The notes under the pieces are model-generated. The model saw only the letters and a program-made list of their open reading frames with translations. It was not told the DNA's origin and ran no database searches. The translations under genes were made by a program, and so were the position numbers. DNA of 64,000 bases from a virus (lineage: Duplodnaviria; Caudoviricetes), in IMG/VR virus record IMGVR_UViG_3300023108_000002, one strand, 5' to 3'. Below, piece after piece: positions 10,451 to 20,324 of the stretch; position 1 is the stretch's first letter; each line of letters opens with the position of its first letter.

Positions 10451-11947
10451 ATGGAAGTGAAATTATTTGGGTTTACCCTATTAAAAACAGCAGAGCAATC
10501 AAAAGAATCTAAGTCATTCATACCCCCAGAGAGTATGAATGACGATGGTTCTTTGCATGTTTCTACAAATTTTTATACAACTACATATAATTTGGAAAAT
10601 AATGCAAAAAGTGACGCAGAATTAATCGATAGATATAGAGATATGTCTATCCATCCTGAAGTTGAAATTGCAATTGATGATATTGTATCAGAAGCAATTG
10701 TCAATGAAGCAGATCAAAATCCAGTAAAATTATTAACTAAAAATGTAAATCAACCAGCTTCTGTTAAGAAGGCTCTTGTCGAAGAATTTGACAATGTTCT
10801 TTCTTTATTAAATTTCAACAGAGCTGGTTATGATATTTTTAGAAATTGGTATATTGACGGTAGAATTTATTTTCATATAATTATCAATCAATCTAAACCA
10901 AAAGATGGTATTATAGAACTCAGAAAAATTGATCCTAGAAAGATCAAAAAAGTAAAACATATAGAAAAAGACGAAAAAACTCAAGGAAAATTGGTTAAAT
11001 CTGTCTCAGAATATTATGTTTACAACGAAAAAGGCCTTTCCAACGGCGACAAAACTACTGGAATTCCCATTTCCCCAGACTCAATAGCACATGTAAACTC
11101 TGGCCTAAGAGATGCCAGACGACAATATGTTATTGGTCATTTACACAAAGCAATCAAAGCCCTCAATCAATTACAAATGGTGGAAGATTCTGTAGTAATT
11201 TACAGATGGACACGAGCACCAGAAAGAAGAGTTTTCTATATTGATGTAGGAAATCTTCCAAAAGTTAAGGCTGAACAATATATTGCAGACATTATGAATC
11301 GTTATAAAACTAAAGTTGCATATGATGCTGCAACTGGTGAAGTAAAAGACGATAGACGCCATATGTCTATGCTTGAAGATTTTTGGTTTCCACGCAGAGA
11401 GGGCGGTAGAGGTACAGAGATCGAAACTTTACCAGGCGGTTCTAATTTAGGTGAAATGGATGATGTTGTCTATTTTCAGAAAAAACTTTATAAATCTCTA
11501 AATGTTCCTATTTCTAGATTAGAACCAGAACAGTCTCTTGCATTGGGCCGTGCTACAGAAATAAATAGAGATGAATACAAATTTAATAGATTTATTGTAA
11601 GATTAAGAAACCAATTCAGTGAACTATTTCTTGACCTTTTGAAAAAACAAATGATATTGAAAGGTATTGTTACTTCAGAAGAATGGAAAGCAATATCTCA
11701 ACAAGTTATCTTTGACTTTACACAAGACTCTTATTATTCAGAAATTAAAAATACTGAAATGATAAGAGACAGAGTTGCTTTGTTATCCGAAATGACAGAT
11801 TATATGGGTAAATATTACTCTCATACTTGGGTACAAAGAAATATTCTAAAGTTTAGTGATGATGAAATAAATAATATGAGAAAAGAAATTCTTGCTGAGC
11901 AAGAAGATGAAATTTTTGGAAAAAATGAAAACGAAGAGGGCTTTTAA
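10451..11947 (+). CDS. gp20: portal vertex protein gp20
   Basis: WYIDGR, RAPERRVFYIDVGNLPK, MLEDFWFPRREGGRGTEI. ATG at 10451 preferred over TTG at 10439. Confidence 0.97.
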   Translation: MEVKLFGFTLLKTAEQSKESKSFIPPESMNDDGSLHVSTNFYTTTYNLENNAKSDAELIDRYRDMSIHPEVEIAIDDIVSEAIVNEADQNPVKLLTKNVNQPASVKKALVEEFDNVLSLLNFNRAGYDIFRNWYIDGRIYFHIIINQSKPKDGIIELRKIDPRKIKKVKHIEKDEKTQGKLVKSVSEYYVYNEKGLSNGDKTTGIPISPDSIAHVNSGLRDARRQYVIGHLHKAIKALNQLQMVEDSVVIYRWTRAPERRVFYIDVGNLPKVKAEQYIADIMNRYKTKVAYDAATGEVKDDRRHMSMLEDFWFPRREGGRGTEIETLPGGSNLGEMDDVVYFQKKLYKSLNVPISRLEPEQSLALGRATEINRDEYKFNRFIVRLRNQFSELFLDLLKKQMILKGIVTSEEWKAISQQVIFDFTQDSYYSEIKNTEMIRDRVALLSEMTDYMGKYYSHTWVQRNILKFSDDEINNMRKEILAEQEDEIFGKNENEEGF

Positions 11948-11949
11948 AA

Positions 11950-12189
11950 ATGAGCGAAGAAAATATAAATAATAAATATCTAGATATAGTAGACAATTCT
12001 ATTTTAGGAAATGGTACTGCAGCTGCAGATGCAATCAATTCTATTTTGAAGGACAAAATTGCCACAGAAATAGATGATTATAAAAAAGAGTTTGCAAACT
12101 CCATGTTTAATGGAGAACAGGAAACAGATGTTGATTCGGAAGAAGAAGTAGAAGCCGAAACACCAGAAGAAGAAACAGAAGAGGCATAG
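11950..12189 (+). CDS. gp67: prohead core protein gp67-like
   Basis: Small acidic protein between gp20 and gp68. Confidence 0.65.
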   Translation: MSEENINNKYLDIVDNSILGNGTAAADAINSILKDKIATEIDDYKKEFANSMFNGEQETDVDSEEEVEAETPEEETEEA

Positions 12190-12193
12190 AAAA

Positions 12194-12460
12194 ATGTTAA
12201 GTTTTGAAGAATATCTTTCACAAGACCTTGATGAAGCAATCAAGAGAAAGGTTGTAGTTCGTGGTGGCAAAAGAAAGATTAAATTCAAAACTAACAGAGA
12301 TGGCTATAAAGTCGTAGGAAACAAAGAAGTAAGAATTAGTCCTACGGATGCTAAAAAAATGAGTATTAGAAATACTAGATCTGCAAGAAAAAGAAAAGGT
12401 AAAGTAAATATCTCTAATATTCGTAGAGCAAGATCAATGACAAAAAGGACGGGTCTATGA
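12194..12460 (+). CDS. gp68: prohead core protein gp68-like
   Basis: MLSFEEY..LDE leader then a highly basic body (KRKVVVRGGKRK...ARSARKRK); position before gp21. Confidence 0.75.
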   Translation: MLSFEEYLSQDLDEAIKRKVVVRGGKRKIKFKTNRDGYKVVGNKEVRISPTDAKKMSIRNTRSARKRKGKVNISNIRRARSMTKRTGL

Positions 12461-13095
12461 TGAAACTCATAACAGAAGTAGTAGAAGAAATCTTAGTAGA
12501 ACAAAAAGGAAAAGACCTTTTTATCGAAGGCGTTTTCCTTCAATCAAATATAAAAAATAGAAATGGTAGAGAATACCCTTCCGAAGTCATGGATAGAGAA
12601 GTTGCAAGATATAATGAAAAATATATTGCAAAAAATAGAGCCTTTGGTGAATTAGGACATCCAGAAGGCCCTACAATTAATTTAGAGAGAGTTTCGCACA
12701 TGATAAAATCTCTTACCAAAGAAGGCAATAACTATGTTGGTAAGGCAAAAATCATGACTGAAACTCCATATGGTGCTATTGTGTCAAACCTAATTAAAGA
12801 GGGTGCATCATTAGGTGTTTCTTCTAGGGGTATGGGTAGTGTTAAGCAATCAGGTGGAAGGAATATAGTACAAGACGATTTTTATTTGGCCACAGCAGCC
12901 GATATTGTTGCGGACCCAAGCGCTCCAGATGCGTTTGTGAACGGTATCATGGAAGGAAAAGAGTGGGTCTGGAATAACGGAATTGTTCAAGAAAAATCAA
13001 TTGCTGAGTATCATAGAAAGATGCAAGAGGCAAAACAAAGAGAGCTCGAAGAAGTAAAAATCAACTTGTTTAAAAATTTCATGTCAAAATTGTAA
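12457..13095 (+). CDS. gp21: prohead protease gp21
   Basis: MKLITE, IEGVFLQS, NRNGREYP, ALGELGHP-like FGELGHPEG, GVSSRGMGS, DIVADPSAPDAFV. Confidence 0.97.
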   Translation: MMKLITEVVEEILVEQKGKDLFIEGVFLQSNIKNRNGREYPSEVMDREVARYNEKYIAKNRAFGELGHPEGPTINLERVSHMIKSLTKEGNNYVGKAKIMTETPYGAIVSNLIKEGASLGVSSRGMGSVKQSGGRNIVQDDFYLATAADIVADPSAPDAFVNGIMEGKEWVWNNGIVQEKSIAEYHRKMQEAKQRELEEVKINLFKNFMSKL

Positions 13096-13099
13096 TTAT

Positions 13100-13107
13100 T
13101 ATAAATA
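13100..13107 (+). promoter_or_regulatory. T4-type late promoter TATAAATA
   Basis: Exact consensus upstream of gp22. Confidence 0.85.
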
Positions 13108-13138
13108 AATATAAATTAAACTCGTAGGAGAATCAAAA

Positions 13139-14203
13139 ATGGAAAATTTAGAAAATAAAGAGATTGTTGACGAAACGAAAGTTGAAGAAGCAATCGAAGA
13201 AAAAGTTGAAGTTGTTGAAGAAGAAGCAGTTGAAGAAATTGCTGAAGAAACAACTGATGAAGTAGAAGTTTCTGAAGAATCTGAAGAAACAAGTGAAGCT
13301 CCATTGGAAGAAATGGACCACAGTAAAAAGAAAAAAATGAACGCTTCTAAAGATAAAGATATGGAAGATGAAAATAATGAAGATGATGCAGATGATGACG
13401 AAGAAGTGGTAGAAAAAAAGAAAAAAATGAACGCTTCTTATAAAGTTAAAGCAGAAGATGTTGACGTTAAAGAGGATGTCGATGCAATGCTACAGGGACA
13501 AGACCTTTCTGAAGAGTTTCAGAATCAAGTAACAACAATCTTTGAGGCCGCCGTAGTTTCAAAAGTCAACGAAAAGTTGGAAGAAATTTATGCAGACTAC
13601 GAAACTGAGCTTCAGGAAAATGTTGCAGAAATTAGACAAGAACTGTCTGAAAAAGTTGATGAGTATCTTTCATATGTCGCAAAAGAGTATGTTGCTGAAA
13701 ACAAACTTGCGGTAGAAAATAAACTCAAGCTTGAGATTATGGAAAATTTCATGAGTGGTCTGAAAAAGGTCTTTGAGGAAAATTATGTTGATGTTCCAGA
13801 AGAAAAAGTCGATCTTTACGGTGAAGCTTTGGAAACTTTGGAAGAAAAAGAACAAAAATTGAATGAGCAATTTGAAAAGAATATCAAGTTGTCTAAAAAA
13901 CTTGAAGATCTTGAAAAAGAAATTATCTTGAAAGATGTAACTGAAGGACTTACTGTTTCTCAAGCAGAAAAAGTACGTTCTTTGAGCGAAAGCCTTGAAT
14001 TCACTACCAAGGAAGATATGATGGAAAAAGTTACATTGATCAAGGACAATTATTTTCCATCTGAAACAATTGTAGAAAGCGCAGTATTAGATGAAAGTGC
14101 ATTAGAAACTTCAGTTGAAGATTCTCCAGTGGTTCAAGAGGAAAATAAATTTCAATCTGTGATGGATGTTTATGCTAGAGCACTAAATAGACCTAAAGAT
14201 TAA
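13139..14203 (+). CDS. gp22: prohead core scaffold protein gp22
   Basis: Acidic coiled coil; LSEEF..TIFEAAV, VDEYLSYVAKEY, FMSGLKKVFEENY; position before gp23. Confidence 0.93.
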   Translation: MENLENKEIVDETKVEEAIEEKVEVVEEEAVEEIAEETTDEVEVSEESEETSEAPLEEMDHSKKKKMNASKDKDMEDENNEDDADDDEEVVEKKKKMNASYKVKAEDVDVKEDVDAMLQGQDLSEEFQNQVTTIFEAAVVSKVNEKLEEIYADYETELQENVAEIRQELSEKVDEYLSYVAKEYVAENKLAVENKLKLEIMENFMSGLKKVFEENYVDVPEEKVDLYGEALETLEEKEQKLNEQFEKNIKLSKKLEDLEKEIILKDVTEGLTVSQAEKVRSLSESLEFTTKEDMMEKVTLIKDNYFPSETIVESAVLDESALETSVEDSPVVQEENKFQSVMDVYARALNRPKD

Positions 14204-14208
14204 AATTT

Positions 14209-14216
14209 TATAAATA
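14209..14216 (+). promoter_or_regulatory. T4-type late promoter TATAAATA
   Basis: Exact consensus upstream of gp23. Confidence 0.85.
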
Positions 14217-14256
14217 TAATATAGTATAGCAAATAAAATCTACTAAGGAGAAAAAA

Positions 14257-15648
14257 ATGCACGACTTTAATGCAATCCAAATTCAGGAGTTGAAAGAAAA
14301 GTGGAAGCCTGTGCTTGAGCATCCTGATCAAGCTGAAATCAAGGACCCATATAGAAAAGCGGTTACTGCCGTTCTTCTCGAAAATACAGAAAGAGCTACA
14401 AGAGAAGAAAACGCTCTTGGAACACAAACCATGGCATCTCTCAACGAGACTAACGTGGCTCCTACTGCACCAGACAGCGGAAACCTAACATATTCTGATC
14501 CAGTAATCATTTCCATGATTCGCAGAACTATGCCAAACCTTATGGCATATGACCTTGTAGGTGTTCAGCCAATGACAGGCCCAACAGGTTTGATTTTCGC
14601 AATGAAATCGCGTTATACAAATCAGACTGGAACAGAAGCTCTCTTCGATGAAGCTGACACAACATTTTCTGGAACAGGCACACACGCCGGTACAGATCCA
14701 TTCGCAGGTTCTTCACTTGGTGTAAACGCAGGCGGAGAAGCATTTGTAGAATCAGCAAATGGTTCACAAACAGGTGCAGCTGGTTCAACAGCAGCTGGTG
14801 AAGGCCTTGGAAAGGGTGTTGATCAGGGAATGGGCACTAACGGACATTTCAACGAAATGGCATTCTCAATCGATAGAGTATCGGTAACTGCGAAAACCAG
14901 AGCGTTGAAAGCAGAGTACACAACTGAACTCTCACAAGACTTGAGAGCGGTACACGGTCTTGACGCAGAGTCAGAACTCTCAACAATTCTCTCCACAGAG
15001 ATTACTGCTGAGATTAACCGTGAAGTACTTAGAAATCTTTACGACCAAGCAAAATTGGGTTGTGCGGCACAAACAACAAACAAAGGTATCTTTGATTTGA
15101 CAACTGATGCTGATGGCCGTTGGAGTGTTGAGAACTTTAAAGCTCTTATGTTCCAAATCGAAAAAGAAGCAAACGTAATTGCAAAAGAAACACGTAGAGG
15201 AAAAGGTAACGTAATCGTATGTTCTTCTGATGTTGCTTCTGCTCTTGCAATGTCTGGTCTTCTTGACTATAACCCACAAATGGACACAGCACTTAATGTT
15301 GATGACACAGGACAAACATTCGCCGGCGTACTCAACAAAAAGTTCAAAGTGTACATTGACCCATACTTCTCATCCGCTGGTGCATATGACTTCGCAATGG
15401 TTGGATACAGAGGTTCTTCACCATTTGATGCTGGTTACTTCTATTGCCCATATGTTCCAATGCAAATGGTTCGTGCAGTTGGTGAGAATACATTCCAGCC
15501 AAAAATCGGGTTCAAAACTCGTTATGGAATGGTTAAAAACCCATTTGCTGGTGCGGCTCGTACTCCTGCTGCGGATGGCGCTTTCCCAACAGACGGCAAC
15601 CAGTACTACAGATTGTTCCGCGTGGACAACATCAACTCTGCTGCTTAA
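14257..15648 (+). CDS. gp23: major capsid protein gp23
   Basis: GVQPMTGPTGLIFAM, TAKTRALKAEYT.EL.QDLRAVHGLDAE, AEINREV, FQPKIGFKTRYG. Confidence 0.98.
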   Translation: MHDFNAIQIQELKEKWKPVLEHPDQAEIKDPYRKAVTAVLLENTERATREENALGTQTMASLNETNVAPTAPDSGNLTYSDPVIISMIRRTMPNLMAYDLVGVQPMTGPTGLIFAMKSRYTNQTGTEALFDEADTTFSGTGTHAGTDPFAGSSLGVNAGGEAFVESANGSQTGAAGSTAAGEGLGKGVDQGMGTNGHFNEMAFSIDRVSVTAKTRALKAEYTTELSQDLRAVHGLDAESELSTILSTEITAEINREVLRNLYDQAKLGCAAQTTNKGIFDLTTDADGRWSVENFKALMFQIEKEANVIAKETRRGKGNVIVCSSDVASALAMSGLLDYNPQMDTALNVDDTGQTFAGVLNKKFKVYIDPYFSSAGAYDFAMVGYRGSSPFDAGYFYCPYVPMQMVRAVGENTFQPKIGFKTRYGMVKNPFAGAARTPAADGAFPTDGNQYYRLFRVDNINSAA

Positions 15649-15679
15649 TAAAAACAATAAAAAAAGAAAAGCAGAATAT

Positions 15680-15705
15680 GGGGGGCTCAATGCCCCCCTT
15701 TTTTT
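15680..15705 (+). terminator. Rho-independent terminator after gp23
   Basis: GGGGGGC-TCAAT-GCCCCCC stem-loop followed by a run of T. Confidence 0.88.
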
Positions 15706-15740
15706 ATTCCTAAATAGTAAGATAATAAGGAGATTTCGCA

Positions 15741-16256
15741 GTGGATGTAGATACTCAAAATGTAAATTACCTCAATACACAGAACTTTAGTTTTTCTACA
15801 AATATGTGTCCATCACTAGAGGACTATGTTCAATCTGTAAGTATTCCTGGCGTGACTTTAGGCGAAGCAATAGTGGAAACGCCATTTATTAAACGTCCAG
15901 AGCCTGGAGATAAATTAATTTTCTCTGTTATGTCAATTGGATTTTTAGTAGACGAAGAAATGAAAAATTGGAAAGAAGTTTATAATTGGTTACTTGCATT
16001 AGGATTTCCAGACAATTTTCAACAATATGGAAACTTTACTAATGCAAGAAGATTAGAACTTGGAAAATCTGTTTTTTCAGATTTAGTATTAATTGTTTAT
16101 AACAACCAAAATACACCAGTTTTAAAATTCACATTCAAAGATGCATTTCCTATAGCCATAGGAGATATTCCACTATCTTCTACAGAAACAGCAAGTATTG
16201 CGCCTCTGACAACAGCAGATTTTATGTTTAGGAGTTATTCGGTAGAAAACTTATAA
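15741..16256 (+). CDS. gp3: tail tube terminator/completion protein gp3
   Basis: NYLNTQNFSF, VQSVSIPGVTLG, FLVDEEMKNWKEVYNWL, F.DAFP; late-promoter variant CCTAAATA at 15709-15716. Confidence 0.85.
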   Translation: MDVDTQNVNYLNTQNFSFSTNMCPSLEDYVQSVSIPGVTLGEAIVETPFIKRPEPGDKLIFSVMSIGFLVDEEMKNWKEVYNWLLALGFPDNFQQYGNFTNARRLELGKSVFSDLVLIVYNNQNTPVLKFTFKDAFPIAIGDIPLSSTETASIAPLTTADFMFRSYSVENL

Positions 16257-16273
16257 TATTATTGGAGAACATT

Positions 16274-16729
16274 ATGGAAGAAAAATATTCAGTGAAATTG
16301 GCTGAGTTGACACAGGAATCCGAAAAAGATATAAAAATAGATTACCTGAAATTAGCAGATGAAATTGTTCACAATCAGAATTTGATTGGGAAGTGGATGA
16401 CTCATCAACAAGTATACGAAATAAAATATCAGTTTTTAGAGATAGAACACAAAAAGCTTTTGGCAATAAAGACAAAGTACTATACAGGAAAAATGTCGGA
16501 AGATGAAATTGTGGCAAGAGGATGGGAAATTGAAGGAACAAAAATATTAAAATCTGATTTGAATATCTGGATAGATGATGACGAAGAAATTATTAAATCT
16601 AAAAAAAATCTATTGATATTAAAACAGATAATAACTTTGATTGATAAAACCATTGATATTTTGATAGATCAAAAGAAATGGACTATCAAAAATTTTATTG
16701 ATTATAAGAAATGGTTAGAAGGTAATTAA
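16274..16729 (+). CDS. uvsY: recombination mediator UvsY
   Basis: KYYTGK motif, KILKSDL..WIDDDEE, WTIKNFIDY; synteny with uvsW. Confidence 0.88.
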   Translation: MEEKYSVKLAELTQESEKDIKIDYLKLADEIVHNQNLIGKWMTHQQVYEIKYQFLEIEHKKLLAIKTKYYTGKMSEDEIVARGWEIEGTKILKSDLNIWIDDDEEIIKSKKNLLILKQIITLIDKTIDILIDQKKWTIKNFIDYKKWLEGN

Positions 16730-18219
16730 TGAGCAAGTTTTATGTTCACAAACTAAACGAAGTGTATGTTCAAGTAGATTCCCCAGAACTTTTTATGTTG
16801 AAAGAACTGGTGGACTACTTTACCTTTAAGGTGCCTGGCGCTGAGTTTATGCCCGCATATAAGAATAAATATTGGGATGGAAAGATAAGACTTTTCAATC
16901 CTACTAATTGTAAGTTATACTTAGGCCTTGTTGAACAACTAAAATATTTTTGCGAAAAAAATGATTATGAAATAGAATATGATGAAGATTTACAAGATCA
17001 AAATTTTTCACCAAAAGATTTGGAAGCACTTGCAAAATTCATTAATCCACATAGTCAAGGAAAAAAAATTGAATATAGAGATTATCAGTTAGATGCAATC
17101 TATCATGCAATCAAAAAAAATAGAACATTACTTCTTTCCCCGACAGCTTCTGGTAAATCACTCATCATTTATACTTTGGTAAGATTCTATAACATGCACC
17201 CAGAAGTAAAAGGAAAAAAAATTCTAATCATAGTTCCAACCACTTCACTAGTTTCGCAGATGTATGGTGATTTTGCCGATTATGGATGGGATGTAAATAA
17301 GTATTGTCATAAGATATTTGCTGGCCAAGAAAAATATACAGATAAAAAGGTAGTGATATCTACTTGGCAATCGATATACAAAATGCCGAGAGATTATTGG
17401 GATCAATTTGGAGTAGTGATTGGCGATGAATGTCACTTATTTAAAGCAAACTCTCTTAACAAAATCATGGATAGATTAACAGAGTGTAGATTTAGATTTG
17501 GAACAACAGGAACATTAGATGGAACAAAAACTCATAAACTTATTCTTACAGGAATGTTTGGAGATGCAAAACAAGTCACATCTACAAGAAAGCTAATTGA
17601 TAACAAAACTCTCGCAGATTTTAAAATACAATGTCTGGTACTAAAATATCCTATGGAGACATGTAAAGAAATCAAAAAACTGAAATATGCTGATGAGGTA
17701 GAATGGATTGTAACAAATCCTAGAAGAAATGAATTTATAAAAGACTTGACATTAAATCTAAAAGGTAATACACTAGTTCTTTACAATTTTGTAGAAAAAC
17801 ATGGAATACCTATGTACAAATTAATAAAGAATTCTGTAGAAGAAAATAGAAAAGTATTTTTTGTTTCTGGCTCAGTAAATGCAGAAATAAGAGAACAAAT
17901 TAGAGCAACAACGGAAAAAGAAGATAATGCAATTATTATTGCATCTTATGGTACATTCTCTACTGGTGTAAACATTCGTAATTTGCACAATGTTGTTTTC
18001 ACATCTCCGTCAAAGAGTAGAATACGAAACTTGCAGTCTATAGGAAGAGGCCTCAGAAAAGGAAATAATAAAACATCAGCAGTCTTATATGATATAGCTG
18101 ACGATTTTCGTTATAAGAATTATATGAATTTTGCAATACGCCATTTTTACGAACGTATAAATATCTATAATGAAGAAAAGTTTTCGTTTAAAATAAATGA
18201 AATCAAATTATTTGGTTAG
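16729..18219 (+). CDS. uvsW: DNA/RNA helicase UvsW
   Basis: WDGKIRLF, SPTASGKS, DECH, GTTGT, ASYGTFSTGVNI, LQSIGRGLR. Confidence 0.96.
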   Translation: MSKFYVHKLNEVYVQVDSPELFMLKELVDYFTFKVPGAEFMPAYKNKYWDGKIRLFNPTNCKLYLGLVEQLKYFCEKNDYEIEYDEDLQDQNFSPKDLEALAKFINPHSQGKKIEYRDYQLDAIYHAIKKNRTLLLSPTASGKSLIIYTLVRFYNMHPEVKGKKILIIVPTTSLVSQMYGDFADYGWDVNKYCHKIFAGQEKYTDKKVVISTWQSIYKMPRDYWDQFGVVIGDECHLFKANSLNKIMDRLTECRFRFGTTGTLDGTKTHKLILTGMFGDAKQVTSTRKLIDNKTLADFKIQCLVLKYPMETCKEIKKLKYADEVEWIVTNPRRNEFIKDLTLNLKGNTLVLYNFVEKHGIPMYKLIKNSVEENRKVFFVSGSVNAEIREQIRATTEKEDNAIIIASYGTFSTGVNIRNLHNVVFTSPSKSRIRNLQSIGRGLRKGNNKTSAVLYDIADDFRYKNYMNFAIRHFYERINIYNEEKFSFKINEIKLFG

Positions 18220-18226
18220 GAAACTC

Positions 18227-18628
18227 ATGCACGATTTCAAAATAGTCAGGCTATCAACAAAAGAAGTAATTATTTGTAAGACAAATTCTAAAAATGCGTC
18301 TGCAAGTTCAATTATTTTGGAAGATCCGTTTGAAATAAAATCGTTCATGAATCCTCAAACTGGAGACTTTAATTCAACTCTCATAGATTGGTTACAATAT
18401 AGTGATGATACTATAGTAGAAGTTGCCGCGTACAATGTCATTGCAATGAATACACCTTCCCCAGAAATTATTGACCATTATGAAATGATTTTAAGAAGAA
18501 AGGCTGCAGCTGCAAATTCTGAACTCAATGAAACTGAAGGGCCTGGATTAGAAGATGTTGATGAAGAACATGAACATACTATTGAAGAACTTATGAGAAT
18601 GATAAACGGTAATAAAGTCTATCATTAA
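18227..18628 (+). CDS. conserved T4-like protein with Sm-like N-terminus (KIVRLSTKEVII)
   Basis: The KIVRL.xGEE-type motif also occurs in the 34832 ORF; position between uvsW and gp55. Confidence 0.5.
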   Translation: MHDFKIVRLSTKEVIICKTNSKNASASSIILEDPFEIKSFMNPQTGDFNSTLIDWLQYSDDTIVEVAAYNVIAMNTPSPEIIDHYEMILRRKAAAANSELNETEGPGLEDVDEEHEHTIEELMRMINGNKVYH

Positions 18629-18642
18629 GGGTCTACATACCC

Positions 18643-18671
18643 AGTATAACAGTAGAATCAACTTGTGTCAA
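18643..18671 (-). promoter_or_regulatory. antisense sigma70-type promoter TTGACA-N17-TATACT with extended -10 TG
   Basis: The minus strand reads TTGACA caagttgattctactgt TATACT and points into the 18227 ORF and uvsW. Confidence 0.7.
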
Positions 18672-18700
18672 TAGAAAAAAAAATTTATTTTCTATTGACA
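18666..18700. repeat. 13-bp inverted repeat containing back-to-back -35 boxes
   Basis: TGTCAATAGAAAA (18666-18678) is the reverse complement of TTTTCTATTGACA (18688-18700); 9-nt spacer. Confidence 0.85.
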
Positions 18701-18724
18701 AGAAACACTTTTTTATGGTATTAT
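18695..18724 (+). promoter_or_regulatory. sigma70-type early/middle promoter for gp55-47-46
   Basis: TTGACA-N18-TATTAT with TG extension and an A/T-rich UP element. Confidence 0.75.
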
Positions 18725-18753
18725 CTTTGTAATTGTATAAGGAATTATTATGT

Positions 18754-19305
18754 ATGGCTAAGAAAAGCACTAGAAATCATTATGTAGATAACAAAAAGTT
18801 GTTGGAAGAGATGACAAAATATAAGGATGCCGTCAACCTTGCCGCTGAGCAGGACACAGAGCGCCCAAGAGTTCCAAATTATATTGGTGAGTGTATTATG
18901 AAGATTGCACAGCATCTCTCTTATAAACCCAATTTTATCAACTATACATATAAAGAAGAAATGATATCAGATGGTATTGAAAATTGTCTATTGTATATTG
19001 ATAATTTTAATCCAGAAAAATCAAAAAATCCATTCGCATATTTTACTCAGATTATTTACTATGCTTTCATTCGAAGGATTCAAAAAGAAAAGAAACAGAC
19101 TTATGTAAAATATAAGGCATTGGAAAATCAAGAATTGATTGATGAAATTATGCAAGGACCAAATGGTAGTCCTATGAAAAATAATTTCTTAGAATTTATT
19201 CACAATAATATGGATGATTTTCTTGCAGACTTTGAAGAAACCCAAAGAAAGAAAAAACAAAAAGCCAAGGAAAAGAGAGAAGGTAAGGAATCTGAAACTT
19301 CATGA
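18754..19305 (+). CDS. gp55: late-transcription sigma factor gp55
   Basis: HYVDNK, YIGECIMKIA.HLSYKPNFINY, MISDGIENC, NPFAYFTQIIYYAF.RRIQKEKKQ. Confidence 0.97.
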   Translation: MAKKSTRNHYVDNKKLLEEMTKYKDAVNLAAEQDTERPRVPNYIGECIMKIAQHLSYKPNFINYTYKEEMISDGIENCLLYIDNFNPEKSKNPFAYFTQIIYYAFIRRIQKEKKQTYVKYKALENQELIDEIMQGPNGSPMKNNFLEFIHNNMDDFLADFEETQRKKKQKAKEKREGKESETS

Positions 19306-20324
19306 AAATTGCACTGATTACGGACACTCACTTCGGCGCTAGAGGTGACTCCACACTTTTCCATGACTATTTTATGGAATTTTATGATAATGTATTTTTT
19401 CCTTACTTGGAAAAGAATAATATTAAGACTGTAATTCATCTTGGAGATGTTACAGACCGAAGAAAGTTTATCAACTATAATATTCTTGATGGCTTACGAA
19501 GTGGATTTATAAAGAAGATTAAAGACTATGACTCTTATTTTATTATTGGTAATCATGATGTGTATTATAAAAACACAAATCGTATTAACTCTATGGAGCA
19601 ACTTTTCGGGGATGATTTCAAGACTTATACAACGGCCACTACTCTTAATTTTGATGGGACTGACATTTGTTTTATTCCTTGGATAAATTCTGAGAATTAT
19701 GATGAAACTCTAAAACACATAAAGAAAACCAAAGCAAAAATTGCGTTAGGACATTTAGAACTGAATGGTTTTGAAATGATGCGTGGTATCAAGTGTGAAG
19801 CTGGTATGTCTATTGAACACTTTAAAAAATTTGATTTGACTTGTTCTGGACATTTCCATCATAAAAGCAATCAAGGAGAAATTCATTATTTGGGAGCCCC
19901 ATATGAATTATTTTGGAATGATTGTGATGATCCTAAAGGATTTCATATTTTAGATACGGGCTCAATGGAATTGCAGTTTGTTCAAAACCCACATCAAATG
20001 TTTCATAAGATTTATTATGATGAAAATAAAAAATATGATTTGTCAAAATATGAAAACAAATATGTAAAAATTATTGTTAAAAATAAAAGATCTCAATATA
20101 AGTTCGATACATTTGTTGACTCTTTATATAAGAAAGATGTTGCTGATTTATCTATTGTCGATGAAACAGATTTTCAGTTTGAAGAACAAAGTGATGTAGA
20201 CACTACAAAAGACACTATGTCTCTTCTTACAAGTTATATCGATAATTATGAGATTGATGTTGACAAGAACAAACTAAAACAGATTATGCAAGATTTATAT
20301 GTCTCTGCTTTGAGAGGTGATTGA
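19302..20324 (+). CDS. gp47: recombination endonuclease subunit gp47 (Mre11/SbcD-like)
   Basis: ITDTHFG, HLGD, GNHD, GHLE, SGHFH metallophosphoesterase motifs. Confidence 0.96.
   Translation: MKIALITDTHFGARGDSTLFHDYFMEFYDNVFFPYLEKNNIKTVIHLGDVTDRRKFINYNILDGLRSGFIKKIKDYDSYFIIGNHDVYYKNTNRINSMEQLFGDDFKTYTTATTLNFDGTDICFIPWINSENYDETLKHIKKTKAKIALGHLELNGFEMMRGIKCEAGMSIEHFKKFDLTCSGHFHHKSNQGEIHYLGAPYELFWNDCDDPKGFHILDTGSMELQFVQNPHQMFHKIYYDENKKYDLSKYENKYVKIIVKNKRSQYKFDTFVDSLYKKDVADLSIVDETDFQFEEQSDVDTTKDTMSLLTSYIDNYEIDVDKNKLKQIMQDLYVSALRGD

Noticed and set aside
13325-13438. 24-bp exact direct repeat in gp22 (KKKKMNAS twice)
   Set aside because: Real, but it lies in the low-complexity, variable N-terminus of the scaffold; no evidence of a separate function.
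15648-15741. Absence of gp24 after gp23 as a novelty
   Set aside because: gp23 followed directly by gp3-uvsY-uvsW is usual in marine T4-like phages.
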